From assembly GCA_038206355.1 (NCBI GenBank), contig JBBRAY010000017.1, forward strand, positions 4,364-68,363: DNA of 64,000 bases, written 5' to 3'. A program made the translations under genes and the position numbers. The notes below the pieces were generated by a model. It searched no databases and was not told the origin of the DNA. It saw nothing but the letters and a program-made list of their open reading frames with translations. This document shows positions 37,060-47,305 of this stretch, piece by piece; within the stretch, counting starts at the first letter, position 1; the number at the start of each line of letters is the position of its first letter. The DNA comes from Bacteroidia bacterium. GTDB lineage: Bacteria; Bacteroidota; Bacteroidia; AKYH767-A; 2013-40CM-41-45.

Positions 37060-39614
37060 ATGAAAAAAAGTATATCCTTTACAGTTATCATCTGGATAAT
37101 TATGCTATTTAATTTTAGCATGAATGCACAGACTACCGTCCCTGCAAATTCACCTTCATTAGCTACTGACCATCTTGGATGGGATGTAAACTCTTATTTA
37201 ACCGTTAATTCTCTCGATATAGCAACTAAAGATGTTGGGGCTAATGCAATTCCTATTAATTTTTATACAGATAATACTTTATTCCTCCAAGTTCTCACCG
37301 GTGGAGATTTGAATATCGCGCAACCTACCAATGGCTATATGATAGACAACGATTTTGTGCTGCGGCATAATGGAACCGTATCAAGCATCTATGTAGGCGT
37401 TGGCGCAGGGAACTCAACAAGCGCGGCTACGGAGAATACCTTTGTTGGTAACAATTGCGGAAATATTATTGGACTTGGGGCTCCAATACTTTTGTAGGGT
37501 ACAATTCGGGGGCATTAAATACAGGTGGTTCACTAAACACTTATATTGGTAGCAGCGCCGGTCCGTTAAGCACTACAGGAGATGCAAATACTTTTATTGG
37601 AAATGAGTCCGGATTTTCTAATATAACCGGCGGGGAAAACACCTTTGTTGGCGCACTCAGCGGCCATACCAGTAATGGGGGTGGCGGAAATACCTTTATT
37701 GGAAATTCGGCCGGATATGTAATGTAGAATAGGAGTGGCTGTACTTTTGTTGGAAATTCGAGCGGCTATAATACAACAGAAAGAGGTAATTCATTTTTCG
37801 GCGGTGATGCGGGTGCATCCACAACTGAAGGCACGTATAACACTTTTATTGGCTATGAAGGCGGCAATGGGAATGTGTCAGGGAGTTTCAATTCAGCTAT
37901 TGGTTTTCAGGCTGGTTTTAATAATGGTTCAGGTAATTACAATACACTTCTGGGCTGCACAGCAACTGTTCAAAGCGGTGCCACTCGTCTTAATTGTACG
38001 GCAGTTGGTGCCAATACCATTGTACCAGGGAGTAATCAACTCATACTTGGTGGTAATACTATTGGCACTACTCATAATGATGTAAATGTCGGCATAGGAT
38101 TATCGGGAGATAATACCGGGGCAAATGGTCTTGGCTATGAAGGACCTGCTGTTAAGCTTGAAATAAACGCAGATGCCAACAGTTTTGCTTATACAAGTGC
38201 CGGTAGTGGATTGCGCTTTAGGCAACTTACAACTGCCAATGATGTTACTGCCAACCCCGGACCAGGATTATTGTCAGTAACCGAGGACGGAGATGTTATA
38301 TATGTTGAAGACATCGGAAATTACTGTAATGAAACACCGCAAAGAGCATTACGTGCTGATTATGAAATTCCGCTTTATGATAATATTGGCATGACAGGTC
38401 ACGATTATTATTTTACAGGATCATCAATTGGCGTTACGGACATTATTGTTGGGGAACCTGTTTGTGGTACAAACCCCATTCCGAGTTCAAAATTTCAATC
38501 CTATCAGTTAATGAATCAGGGCGTTCCGAGCTATGCCGGTTATTTTAAAAATAGTACGGATGACAAAACCGCGGTAGGTGCATTGGGAATATCAGATGCA
38601 TCACAGAACATTAATTTTGGTCTGCAAGGTTTTGTAAGAGAGTATAGAGGTAAATCTAATTATGGTGTTCTTGGAGCGACCATTCCGAACCCAGCAGCAC
38701 TAATAGGCAATATTAATATTGGCGTTTATGGCTATGCTAACCTGAATCCTGATCCAGCAATCTCAAAGAGGAACTATGCTGTAGTTGGTGACTTAGGTCC
38801 TATGTGTGCCGCTTGTACTTCGGGTACAGCCGGAGGATTTCTTGATTTTGCCGGATATTTTAATGGAGATTTGTTTACAACTGCCGGATTTTACACACCT
38901 TCAGATTCAACTCTTAAGGAAAACATTCAGGATATTACTAACCCGATGGATATAATAAATTCATTGAATCCTAAATCGTATACTTTTAAACAGCAAGGTA
39001 ACGAATCAATGCATTTATCGAGCGGCACGCATTACGGTTTGTTAGCTCAGAATATTGCTTTAGTATTACCTTTCGCAGTAAAAGATTGTATTCATCCGGC
39101 TCGATACGATTCACTGGGAAACCAAACGCACGATGAAATAGATTTCAAAGGAGTTAACAATTTAGAAATAATTCCATTCCTGATTGCAGCAGTGAAAGAG
39201 CAAGAACAGACGATTGAAGCAATGCAAGCAGAAATTGCTACACTTAATGGCGGAGGCAATCGCCAAAACCATCATAGTGGTGAAGAAGAGAATTCTAGTG
39301 ATGAAGAACAAGGCACTCGTTCCTCCATTGATGTTGAATTGCAAAACGCAAAATCAATCATCCTCAACCAAAATGTACCTAACCCGTTTGCAGAGCAAAC
39401 AACCATTACCTACTTTCTTACTGATGATGTAAAGAAAGCACAAATGTTCTTTTATGATAACAAAGGAACGATCTTAAAAACGGTTGACATCAATGAAAAA
39501 GGTGAGGGGCAAATTAATGTTTTCGCTGCAGATCTCAGCAGTGGAAACTATACCTACACTCTTGTCGCTGATGGAAAAGTTATGGATACTAAGAAAATGA
39601 TTAAGACAAACTAA
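37060..39614 (+). pseudogene. Full-length fibre-like protein (cassette gene 2, copy b), interrupted by a 1-nt G-run frameshift near 37485 and an in-frame TAG at 37725..37727. Its modules are signal peptide, Gly-rich NTFxG repeats, a stalk, a peptidase-S74 intramolecular-chaperone module, an acidic linker and a T9SS C-terminal sorting domain
   Basis: The ORF pieces 37060..37497, 37455..37727 and 37875..39614 are colinear. G4 here versus G5 in copy a (35596) accounts for the frameshift. Translation continues in the same frame straight through the TAG. SDSTLKENIQDITNPMD...KSYTFK...HYGLLAQNIALVLPFAVK is the auto-cleaving tail-spike chaperone signature. The C-terminus (NVPNPFAEQTTITYFL...GNYTYTLVADGKVMDTKKMIKTN) is T9SS sorting-domain-like. 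Confidence 0.6.
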
Positions 39615-39671
39615 GAACTGATTTTTCGAAATTAATTTTCAGGAAAAGAGTTTGTAGCTTGAAATTATTAA

Positions 39672-39712
39672 GAGCCCTTCGGTCCCGGATAATAAGAACG
39701 AAGGGCTTTTTT
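39672..39712. terminator. Bidirectional Rho-independent terminator between the convergent fibre gene and the O-methyltransferase gene
   Basis: AGAGCCCTTCG-(17 nt)-CGAAGGGCT followed by T6. On the opposite strand it is A-rich. Confidence 0.7.
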
Positions 39713-39716
39713 GCAC

Positions 39717-40784
39717 TCAAACCTTTTTACACTTCAACAGCGAATGATAAACCCCGATATCATCCGTTTGCTCCGCAATTGTAAATCCTGCCTTCTCCAC
39801 ACATTGCTGAAATACTTTTGAATAATACATCTGACTGTTGCCATTGGCGATAGTGGTGAAGTACAGCGAAGTCATCTGTAAGCAAAAAGCAGAAGTTTCA
39901 AAATCCTGTTGGTCCCACAATGTTTCCATAATGTAAACATGCCCGGCTTCCGATACTGCGTCACGGCAGCGACTCAGGATTGAAACAATTTCATCGTCAG
40001 AAAAACAATCCAGAAACTGGCTCATCCAGATGGCATCAAATCCCTGAGGAAATTTTTTATCGCCTTCGAGAATATTATTTTCGAAAAATGAAATGCGGTT
40101 GCTCAGTCCGAGTTCGGCTACATTTTTCTTCGCCATCTCTAATTGTCCGGGCAAATCCATAATGGTAACATGCACATCGGGATCATGTTTCACGCATTGT
40201 ATCGCCCACTTGCCCGTGTTGCCACCAATATCAAGCAGGTGTTTGGGCTTGTCTTTGAATATAGCTTTCAATGCATACGGAAAGGCATGGTCAGAATAAT
40301 AATGATCGAAGCCAAACCAGCTTCGCTGTACATGTACAGGTAGTTTCGACAACCCTTCATACACCGTTTTCCAGTTTCCAAAAACTTTTAGTCCTTCCGG
40401 CTTTCCGTTTCTGATGGATTCATCAAGACGAAACAACCCTTCATAGCAAACATCATGTGTGAAGTCCATATTCGCTTTCGTCATCGGATCATTCAGAATA
40501 AAATAACCCGTTTTACTCAGGCGGTATTTTTCATCATCCCACAATAACAAACCAATACCCAATCCTGCTTCCATGAGTACACGCGCACCATAATGACTCA
40601 GGTTACATTTTTTCTCCACCTGTTCAATGGTTACAGCATTAGGTTTTTGCGATTCTATATATTCCAGTATTCCGAAATCACGCAAGGCACGCGATGCCTG
40701 AAAAACAAATGGTGCATAAGCTATCCACTGTGCATTTTCCTTTGCTTCAAGAGCAGTCTTTACTTCCTTTTTGAAAAAATCCAT
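39717..40784 (-). CDS. Class I SAM-dependent O-methyltransferase (dimerisation domain plus Methyltransf_2-like)
   Basis: LLDIGGNTGKWAIQ is SAM-binding motif I, followed by the acidic motif II (IMDLP). 355 aa. It borders the pigment-type fatty-acid-synthase-like cluster. Confidence 0.7.
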   Translation of the reverse strand: MDFFKKEVKTALEAKENAQWIAYAPFVFQASRALRDFGILEYIESQKPNAVTIEQVEKKCNLSHYGARVLMEAGLGIGLLLWDDEKYRLSKTGYFILNDPMTKANMDFTHDVCYEGLFRLDESIRNGKPEGLKVFGNWKTVYEGLSKLPVHVQRSWFGFDHYYSDHAFPYALKAIFKDKPKHLLDIGGNTGKWAIQCVKHDPDVHVTIMDLPGQLEMAKKNVAELGLSNRISFFENNILEGDKKFPQGFDAIWMSQFLDCFSDDEIVSILSRCRDAVSEAGHVYIMETLWDQQDFETSAFCLQMTSLYFTTIANGNSQMYYSKVFQQCVEKAGFTIAEQTDDIGVYHSLLKCKKV

Positions 40785-40811
40785 AGGCCGGCAAAGAGAA
40801 GAAAAAAATCT

Positions 40812-41354
40812 TTAATTCACGATAAACTTTCCGTTCATTTTCTGATAATGGCCGGGATAGGTGCAAATGAAATCATACGTTCCTTTTTCAGGAGCAGGAA
40901 AAGTGATCTCTGTTTTTTCTTTCGGCGCCGTCATTTTTGTTGACACGAGTACCTGTTTCATTTTTGGAACGTAATCGTTATCAGCTCCTGCTTTCATTCC
41001 CTCAGGTCCTACTTTTTCGGCAGAACCTTCATCAATAAGTACAAAATTATGCGACATGGAAACGTCAGTGCTTTCATTGATAAATAAAAGATGGACTGTA
41101 CTTCCGGCTTTAACACGAAGTTCCTTCAGATCATAACTCATATCAGCCATTGAATTTCCCATTGCTTTGAGCGTCACTTCTACAACCGGCGCAGCAGGAT
41201 CAATTTTAATAGGATCATAAGCAGGACCTTCATCCATCAGATTGGAAGGAGCTGCAGTTTCGGGTTCAGCAGGAGCCTGTTTTTGCCCGTTGTTGCTGCA
41301 GGATGAGATAAAAAAACATGCTGCAATTGAAATTAATGATGCGTACTTTTTCAT
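40812..41354 (-). CDS. Azurin-family blue (type-1) copper protein, lipoprotein
   Basis: Lipobox FISSCSNN. Ligand motifs SHNFVL and CTYPGHYQKMNG (the azurin C-x-x-P-G-H-x-x-x-M signature). Confidence 0.75.
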   Translation of the reverse strand: MKKYASLISIAACFFISSCSNNGQKQAPAEPETAAPSNLMDEGPAYDPIKIDPAAPVVEVTLKAMGNSMADMSYDLKELRVKAGSTVHLLFINESTDVSMSHNFVLIDEGSAEKVGPEGMKAGADNDYVPKMKQVLVSTKMTAPKEKTEITFPAPEKGTYDFICTYPGHYQKMNGKFIVN

Positions 41355-41682
41355 GGTAAAAGAATTTAGCGTATAAAAGTAGTTATAAAATTTATGGTAT
41401 CAGGAAAGAATCCCCATGGTGAAGTAGCTCAGATTCAATTTGTAAAAAAATACATGCAACGAATTTCACTAATTAACACTAAACATACAGAAGACATGAA
41501 ATTCTTAATAAATTGAATTACACAAATAAGGATCCAATTTTGTTAAATAATAACCAACCGATGCATTGGTGTTAATTCGTGAAATTCGTGGCAGATCTTT
41601 TCAAAACTTATTCACTACCCTTGCTACATACCCTGCCACATGAAAATAATTTAAGTAATATTGAACCCCGAATTAAAAATTT

Positions 41683-43221
41683 ATGGTTTCAATAGGCGAT
41701 CGCTACCTGGCGCTGGAGGATTTAATTGCAATTGTGGAACAAAACCGTAAAGTTGAGTTGAATGACACAGCTACACGAAGAGTTTACCAGAGCTATTATT
41801 TCCTAAAAGAGTTCATCAAGGAAAAACTGATTTACGGTATTAATACCGGCTTCGGCCCTATGGCCCGTTACCGCATCAATGCTGAAGACCAGGTAGACCT
41901 CCAGTTCAACCTCATACGCAGCCATTGCAGCGGAAGCGGTGCCATGATTGACCCACTTTTTGTAAAAGCAACATTGATTGCACGTCTCAATACCTTGCTT
42001 TTGGGCTATTCCGGAATCCATCCTGATGCTGTTGAATTGCTGAAGGAGATGATCAACCACGATGTGCTTCCTGTCATATACGAACATGGCGGTTTGGGCG
42101 CCAGCGGTGACCTCGTCCAACTTGCACATGTGGCGCTTTCCATGATCGGCGAAGGAAATGTAATTCATGCTGGCACAGTGAAAAAAACCGCCGACGTATT
42201 TGCAAAAGAAAAAATTACTCCGTTGCAAGTTCATATCAGAGAAGGACTTGCGTTGATGAACGGCACCTCTGCCATGTGCGGAATTGGTGCTTTGAATATC
42301 AGCAATGCAAAAAACCTGATGAACTGGTCGGTGGCCATTTCATCCATGATCGTAGAACTTGTTGAATCGTATGACGACCACTATTCTTCCGAACTGAATA
42401 ACGTAAAGCAGCATGAAGGCCAGAGAAAGGTGGCCGGAATGATGAGGGCATTTCTGGTTGACAGTAAAATGGTGAAGAGCCGTGAAGAGCATCTGTACAA
42501 CAGAAAGATTGACGAGAATATCCTAAAGGAAAAAGTACAGGAATATTATTCCATCCGCTGCGTGCCGCAAATTCTCGGACCGGTTTACGACACCATTGCA
42601 AACGCGGAAAAAGTGGTGATGGATGAAATCAATTCAGTGAATGACAATCCTGTTATTGATTATGAAAATAAAAATGTTTTTCACGGAGGAAATTTTCACG
42701 GAGATTATGTGGCATTGGAGATGGACAAACTAAAAATTGCCGTTGCCAAACTATCTATGTTGTGCGAACGACAACTTAATTTCCTAATGAACGACCACCT
42801 GAACGGAAAGCTTCCGCCTTTTGTAAATCTCGGAAAACTCGGATTGAATATCGGCATGCAGGGCACACAGTTTACGGCAACTTCTACCGTTGCAGAAAAT
42901 CAAATGCTCTCCAACCCGATGTATGTTCACAGCATTCCAAGCAATAACGACAACCAGGATATCGTAAGTATGGGATCAAATGCTGCGCTGATAGCTGCAA
43001 AGGTGATCAACAATTCATTTGAAATAATAGCCATTGAATTAATTTCTCTCGTTCAGGCCATTGATTACCTCGGCATTGCAAATAAACTTTCATCAGCATC
43101 TAAAGTTGTTTACCATGATGTCAGGAAATTAGTTCCTGTCTTCAAGAGCGATGAGATCATGTACGAGCGTGTAAAAATTGTAAAGGATTTTTTAAAAAAC
43201 AATAAGAAAAATCTCAATTGA
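41683..43221 (+). CDS. Aromatic amino-acid ammonia-lyase (HAL/PAL/TAL family, MIO-forming)
   Basis: GGLGASGDL MIO tripeptide. NTGFGP, and conserved Tyr, Arg and Asn lyase residues. 512 aa. Its neighbours argue for a tyrosine/phenylalanine starter-unit role rather than histidine catabolism. Confidence 0.85.
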   Translation: MVSIGDRYLALEDLIAIVEQNRKVELNDTATRRVYQSYYFLKEFIKEKLIYGINTGFGPMARYRINAEDQVDLQFNLIRSHCSGSGAMIDPLFVKATLIARLNTLLLGYSGIHPDAVELLKEMINHDVLPVIYEHGGLGASGDLVQLAHVALSMIGEGNVIHAGTVKKTADVFAKEKITPLQVHIREGLALMNGTSAMCGIGALNISNAKNLMNWSVAISSMIVELVESYDDHYSSELNNVKQHEGQRKVAGMMRAFLVDSKMVKSREEHLYNRKIDENILKEKVQEYYSIRCVPQILGPVYDTIANAEKVVMDEINSVNDNPVIDYENKNVFHGGNFHGDYVALEMDKLKIAVAKLSMLCERQLNFLMNDHLNGKLPPFVNLGKLGLNIGMQGTQFTATSTVAENQMLSNPMYVHSIPSNNDNQDIVSMGSNAALIAAKVINNSFEIIAIELISLVQAIDYLGIANKLSSASKVVYHDVRKLVPVFKSDEIMYERVKIVKDFLKNNKKNLN

Positions 43222-43266
43222 AATAATGTCGGCTGCTCCCAATCAACTTTATCAACCTTTTCACCA

Positions 43267-43995
43267 ATGAAATACGCATTAGTCACCGGAGGATCTCGAG
43301 GAATCGGCAAGGCCATTTGTCTGAAACTGGCAGAGCTGGGATATTTTGTGCTCATCAATTATCAGTCAAATAAAAAAGCAGCAGAAGAAACATTAGCTGA
43401 AGTAAGAGCAAAAGGAAGTGATGGCGAACTGATGATGTTTGACGTAGCAGACGAAACCCGGGTGAATGCTGTGCTCGGCGGATGGATTGAAAATCACAAA
43501 GAAGAACCAATAGAAATTCTCGTCAACAATGCAGGAATAAAAAACGATACTTTGCTGATGTGGATGAGTACGAAGCAATGGAAAGACGTATTGAATACCA
43601 GTGTAGATGGTTTCTTTTACGTTACCAAGGTCGTGGTTCAGGGAATGATCGTAAAGAAGTACGGAAGAATTGTGAACGTTGTTTCATTGTCGGGATTAAA
43701 AGGAATGCCGGGACAAGTGAATTATTCCGCTGCAAAAGCGGCTGTAATAGGCGCTACAAAAGCACTGGCGCAGGAAGTAGGAAGAAGAAACATTACGGTG
43801 AATGCTGTTGCTCCGGGATTTATAAGGACGGACATGACGAAAGAAATTGACGAGAAAAGTTTCAAGCAATTAATTCCGGTGGCGCGTTTCGGAAACCCTG
43901 AAGAAGTCGCAGAAGCCGTTTGTTTCCTTGCATCAGAAAAAGCGTCGTATATTACAGGGACCATACTAAACGTCAATGGCGGATTGTACACTTAG
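43267..43995 (+). CDS. fabG: 3-oxoacyl-ACP reductase (SDR)
   Basis: TGGSRGIGKA, NNAG and the YSAAK catalytic triad. Confidence 0.8.
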   Translation: MKYALVTGGSRGIGKAICLKLAELGYFVLINYQSNKKAAEETLAEVRAKGSDGELMMFDVADETRVNAVLGGWIENHKEEPIEILVNNAGIKNDTLLMWMSTKQWKDVLNTSVDGFFYVTKVVVQGMIVKKYGRIVNVVSLSGLKGMPGQVNYSAAKAAVIGATKALAQEVGRRNITVNAVAPGFIRTDMTKEIDEKSFKQLIPVARFGNPEEVAEAVCFLASEKASYITGTILNVNGGLYT

Positions 43996-44030
43996 TCACA
44001 TAATCACTTAATCACGTAGTCACTTCCAAA

Positions 44031-45254
44031 ATGAACAGAGTAGTAATAACAGGCATGGGGGTTTATTCCTGCCTGGGGAAAAATTTAGAAGAGGTTCGCA
44101 ATTCTTTATACACAGGGAAATCAGGTATTGGTTTTGATCCCGAAAGAAAAGCGTTTGGATTTCGATCAGGTCTAACAGGTATTGTAGAAAAACCACAACT
44201 GAAAGGAAAACTGGACCGCAGGCTGAGAATTGGATTGGCAGAAGAAGGAGAATACGCATACCTCTCTACCCTCGAAGCATTGGCAAACGCAAAGCTTGAT
44301 ACTGAATATCTTGATTCTCATGAAGCAGGAATTATTTTCGGTAACGATAGTTCTGCACTTGCTGTAGTTGAAGCAACAGATACCATCCGTTTGAAAAAGG
44401 ATACTACGCTTTTGGGATCTGGGTCTATTTTTCAGAGTATGAACTCAACGGTGAACATGAACCTTGCAACAATTTTCAAACTGAAAGGAATTAATTTCAC
44501 CGTGAGTGCAGCTTGTGCAAGTGGATCTCATGCGGCAGGATTGGGATTTTTATTTATCAAAGAAGGTTACCAGGACATAGTAATCTGTGGCGGTGCGCAA
44601 GAAGTAAATATGTATTCGATGGGAAGTTTCGATGGACTCAGTGCATTCTCCATCAGGGAAAATGAACCGGCAAAAGCTTCACGGCCGTTTGATAAATCAC
44701 GTGATGGATTAATTCCAAGTGGCGGAGCGGCAACAATTGTACTGGAAAGTTTAGAGAGCGCTCAAAGACGAGGTGCGAATATTCTCGGAGAAATTATCGG
44801 ATACGGATTTTCATCCAACGGCGACCATATCTCCAATCCCAACGTTGACGGGCCATACCGTTCACTGATGCGCGCCATGAAACAATCCGGTCTAAATATT
44901 TCTGACATTGACTATATCAATGCACATGCGACTTCCACTCCCAATGGTGATATGTTTGAAGCACGCGCTATTGATAAACTTTGCGGTGACGTAAAAACAG
45001 CTGTCAGTTCTACCAAATCAATGACAGGCCATGAATGCTGGATGGCAGGTGCAAGTGAAATTGTTTATTCATTGCTGATGATGCGCGATTCTTTTGTTGC
45101 GCCCAACATCAACTTCGAAACTCCTGATGAAGATTCGGCCAAGCTCAACATTATTGCGAAAACACTCGATAAGAATATTGATATTTTTCTATCCAACTCG
45201 TTTGGATTTGGAGGAACCAATTCGACAATTATCGTAAAGAAATTCAGAAATTAA
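44031..45254 (+). CDS. Beta-ketoacyl-ACP synthase (KAS I/II type)
   Basis: Active-site Cys in SAACASGSHAAG. The two His are in NAHATSTPNGD and KSMTGHECWMAGA. Confidence 0.85.
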   Translation: MNRVVITGMGVYSCLGKNLEEVRNSLYTGKSGIGFDPERKAFGFRSGLTGIVEKPQLKGKLDRRLRIGLAEEGEYAYLSTLEALANAKLDTEYLDSHEAGIIFGNDSSALAVVEATDTIRLKKDTTLLGSGSIFQSMNSTVNMNLATIFKLKGINFTVSAACASGSHAAGLGFLFIKEGYQDIVICGGAQEVNMYSMGSFDGLSAFSIRENEPAKASRPFDKSRDGLIPSGGAATIVLESLESAQRRGANILGEIIGYGFSSNGDHISNPNVDGPYRSLMRAMKQSGLNISDIDYINAHATSTPNGDMFEARAIDKLCGDVKTAVSSTKSMTGHECWMAGASEIVYSLLMMRDSFVAPNINFETPDEDSAKLNIIAKTLDKNIDIFLSNSFGFGGTNSTIIVKKFRN

Positions 45255-45277
45255 ATTTAACCAGGGATCCTGTTTAA

Positions 45278-46747
45278 TCACCGGCACACCACCAGTTTTT
45301 TTGTGATGATTCCCCTATCAGTTTTCACGTTGACAAAATAAATCCCTGCCCCAAAGGCACCAATGTCAATTTCGTTTTTTATACCTGTCCTTATTACTCC
45401 CTTGTAAACTTCCTTCTGTAGGATATTAAATACTGAAATATCCATGATCTTATCCGGGAACAATACACTTTCCAATACCAATTGAAATTTCCCCATATTG
45501 GGATTTGGGAACACCTGCATCATTTCCTGAAGTGAAATGTCATTGGTACCAATCACGGAACAAAGTCCGCTAACCTGAACCGGAGAAGTCGCACTGGTAT
45601 TATTTCCATTTCCCAATTGACCGTATGAATTGTCTCCCCACGTCCATACCGTTCCGTCATTTTTCAAAACCGTAGAACTGATTTGATTACCCTGCATGGA
45701 TATTACAGTACTTATGGTATTAACCTGTACAAAAGTGCTGGTACTTGTAGTTGTTCCATTTCCCAATTCACCCCAGTCATTGGTTCCGCAGGCCCAATAG
45801 GTTCCGTTATTCTTAAGTACCATTGCATGCTTACCGCCGGCTTCAATGGCAACAATACCGGTTAATGATAAGGCTTGCACAGGAACATTATATGCATTTG
45901 CAAAAACGCCCGTACCCATTTGACCTTCGTTATTATCTCCCCATCCCCACACAGTACCGTCACTTTTTAATGCCATAGAATGGGCCACATCGCCTGATAT
46001 CGCTATTACATTATCTAATCCGCTTACCTGAACCGGTACATTGCTGTTTGTATTATTTCCGTTTCCAAGCTGTCCGTAATTATTATCGCCGGTACACCAA
46101 ACAGTTCCGTTATTCTTCAGAAAAATACTGTGGTTGGTACCTGCAGCTATTGCACTTACCTCACTCAAAGCGGTTACCTGAACAGGTGTATTTGTATTTG
46201 TGGTACTTCCATTTCCAAACTGACCAATATCATTACTGCCCCATGCCCAAACTGTTCCATCATTCCTTATGGCAAGTGAATGTCCGTTCGCGGCTGCGAT
46301 TGCGACAATACCTGTCAGAGAATTTACATGAACTGGAACGTTGCTGTTTGAATTGGTACCATTACCAAGCTGGCCATAAAGATTAAATCCCCAAGCCCAA
46401 ACTGAACCATCATTTTTCAATGCCAGGGAATGAAAAACTCCAGCAGCGACAGCTTTTACATCTGTAAGTGTACTCACCTGAACAGGAACATTGCTGCTTG
46501 TAGTTGTTCCATTTCCTAGTTGACCATAAGAATTATCTCCCCACGAACGTACGCTGTTATTGGTGCACAAAGCAAGCGAATGATATGAACCACCGGCAAT
46601 TGACTGTGACCATGAATTACCGGTTGAAATCAAATTTATCAGTAGAATAAAAATGATTGCTGAAAATCCTGACGATAATGATTGTAGTTTTTTATTCATT
46701 TTAAATGGCTCAATGTATTTATGTATTGCACAATAATACAAATTCAA
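45278..46747 (-). CDS. RCC1-repeat (seven-bladed beta-propeller) protein with T9SS C-terminal sorting domain
   Basis: At least seven tandem ~50-aa GDN.YGQLGNG.......PV.V repeats. The C-terminus (MQVFPNPNMGKFQLVLES...GIYFVNVKTDRGIITKKLVVCR) is T9SS sorting-domain-like. Confidence 0.75.
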   Translation of the reverse strand: MNLYYCAIHKYIEPFKMNKKLQSLSSGFSAIIFILLINLISTGNSWSQSIAGGSYHSLALCTNNSVRSWGDNSYGQLGNGTTTSSNVPVQVSTLTDVKAVAAGVFHSLALKNDGSVWAWGFNLYGQLGNGTNSNSNVPVHVNSLTGIVAIAAANGHSLAIRNDGTVWAWGSNDIGQFGNGSTTNTNTPVQVTALSEVSAIAAGTNHSIFLKNNGTVWCTGDNNYGQLGNGNNTNSNVPVQVSGLDNVIAISGDVAHSMALKSDGTVWGWGDNNEGQMGTGVFANAYNVPVQALSLTGIVAIEAGGKHAMVLKNNGTYWACGTNDWGELGNGTTTSTSTFVQVNTISTVISMQGNQISSTVLKNDGTVWTWGDNSYGQLGNGNNTSATSPVQVSGLCSVIGTNDISLQEMMQVFPNPNMGKFQLVLESVLFPDKIMDISVFNILQKEVYKGVIRTGIKNEIDIGAFGAGIYFVNVKTDRGIITKKLVVCR

Positions 46748-47046
46748 TTTTGTAATTCATTACAAATCCCGGACTTAGTGCATATCAAAATGAAGAGGAG
46801 TTGAATGTGTGATCCGAAAAAAATATGACAAGCCAACTTTTCAACCGCCGTTTTCAAGTTATGAATTATGAATTTTCATAAATCAGTTCTTGTTTTTAAT
46901 ACCAATCGGGGAATCCTCCGGCTGCGCTTTACTTCCGCATTTCATACCGGAATTAAGGGGTCATTTTCTTTGAGATAATCAGCGATGGATTTTTAAAAAA
47001 AATGATGTAGGTTTGCCGTTCTTCTTCAAATAACAAACATTTTGAA

Positions 47047-47298
47047 ATGACAGCAACTGACGAAATTATTACAAAAATAAACGCCTTCCTCGTAGACGAG
47101 TTTGAGGTTGAGCCTCAGGCAATTACACCCGCCGCCAACCTGAAAGAAACGTTGAACCTCGACAGCTTAGACTATGTGGATCTGGTCGTTGTTATTGAAA
47201 GCAATTTCGGCTTTAAGGTAAAAGGAGAGGATTTTGTCAATATAAAGACCTTTCAGGATTTCTACGACTACATCAACTCTAAAGTAGCGGCTAACTGA
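47047..47298 (+). CDS. Acyl carrier protein
   Basis: 83 aa. LDSLDYVDLV phosphopantetheine-attachment Ser motif. Confidence 0.8.
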   Translation: MTATDEIITKINAFLVDEFEVEPQAITPAANLKETLNLDSLDYVDLVVVIESNFGFKVKGEDFVNIKTFQDFYDYINSKVAAN

Positions 47299-47305
47299 TT
47301 TTCTC

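Noticed and set aside
37735-38085. 116-aa ORF (MAVLLLEIRAAI...)
   Set aside because: It is an alternative frame over the Gly-rich fibre gene. The fibre frame (frame 0) carries the conserved NTFxG repeats.
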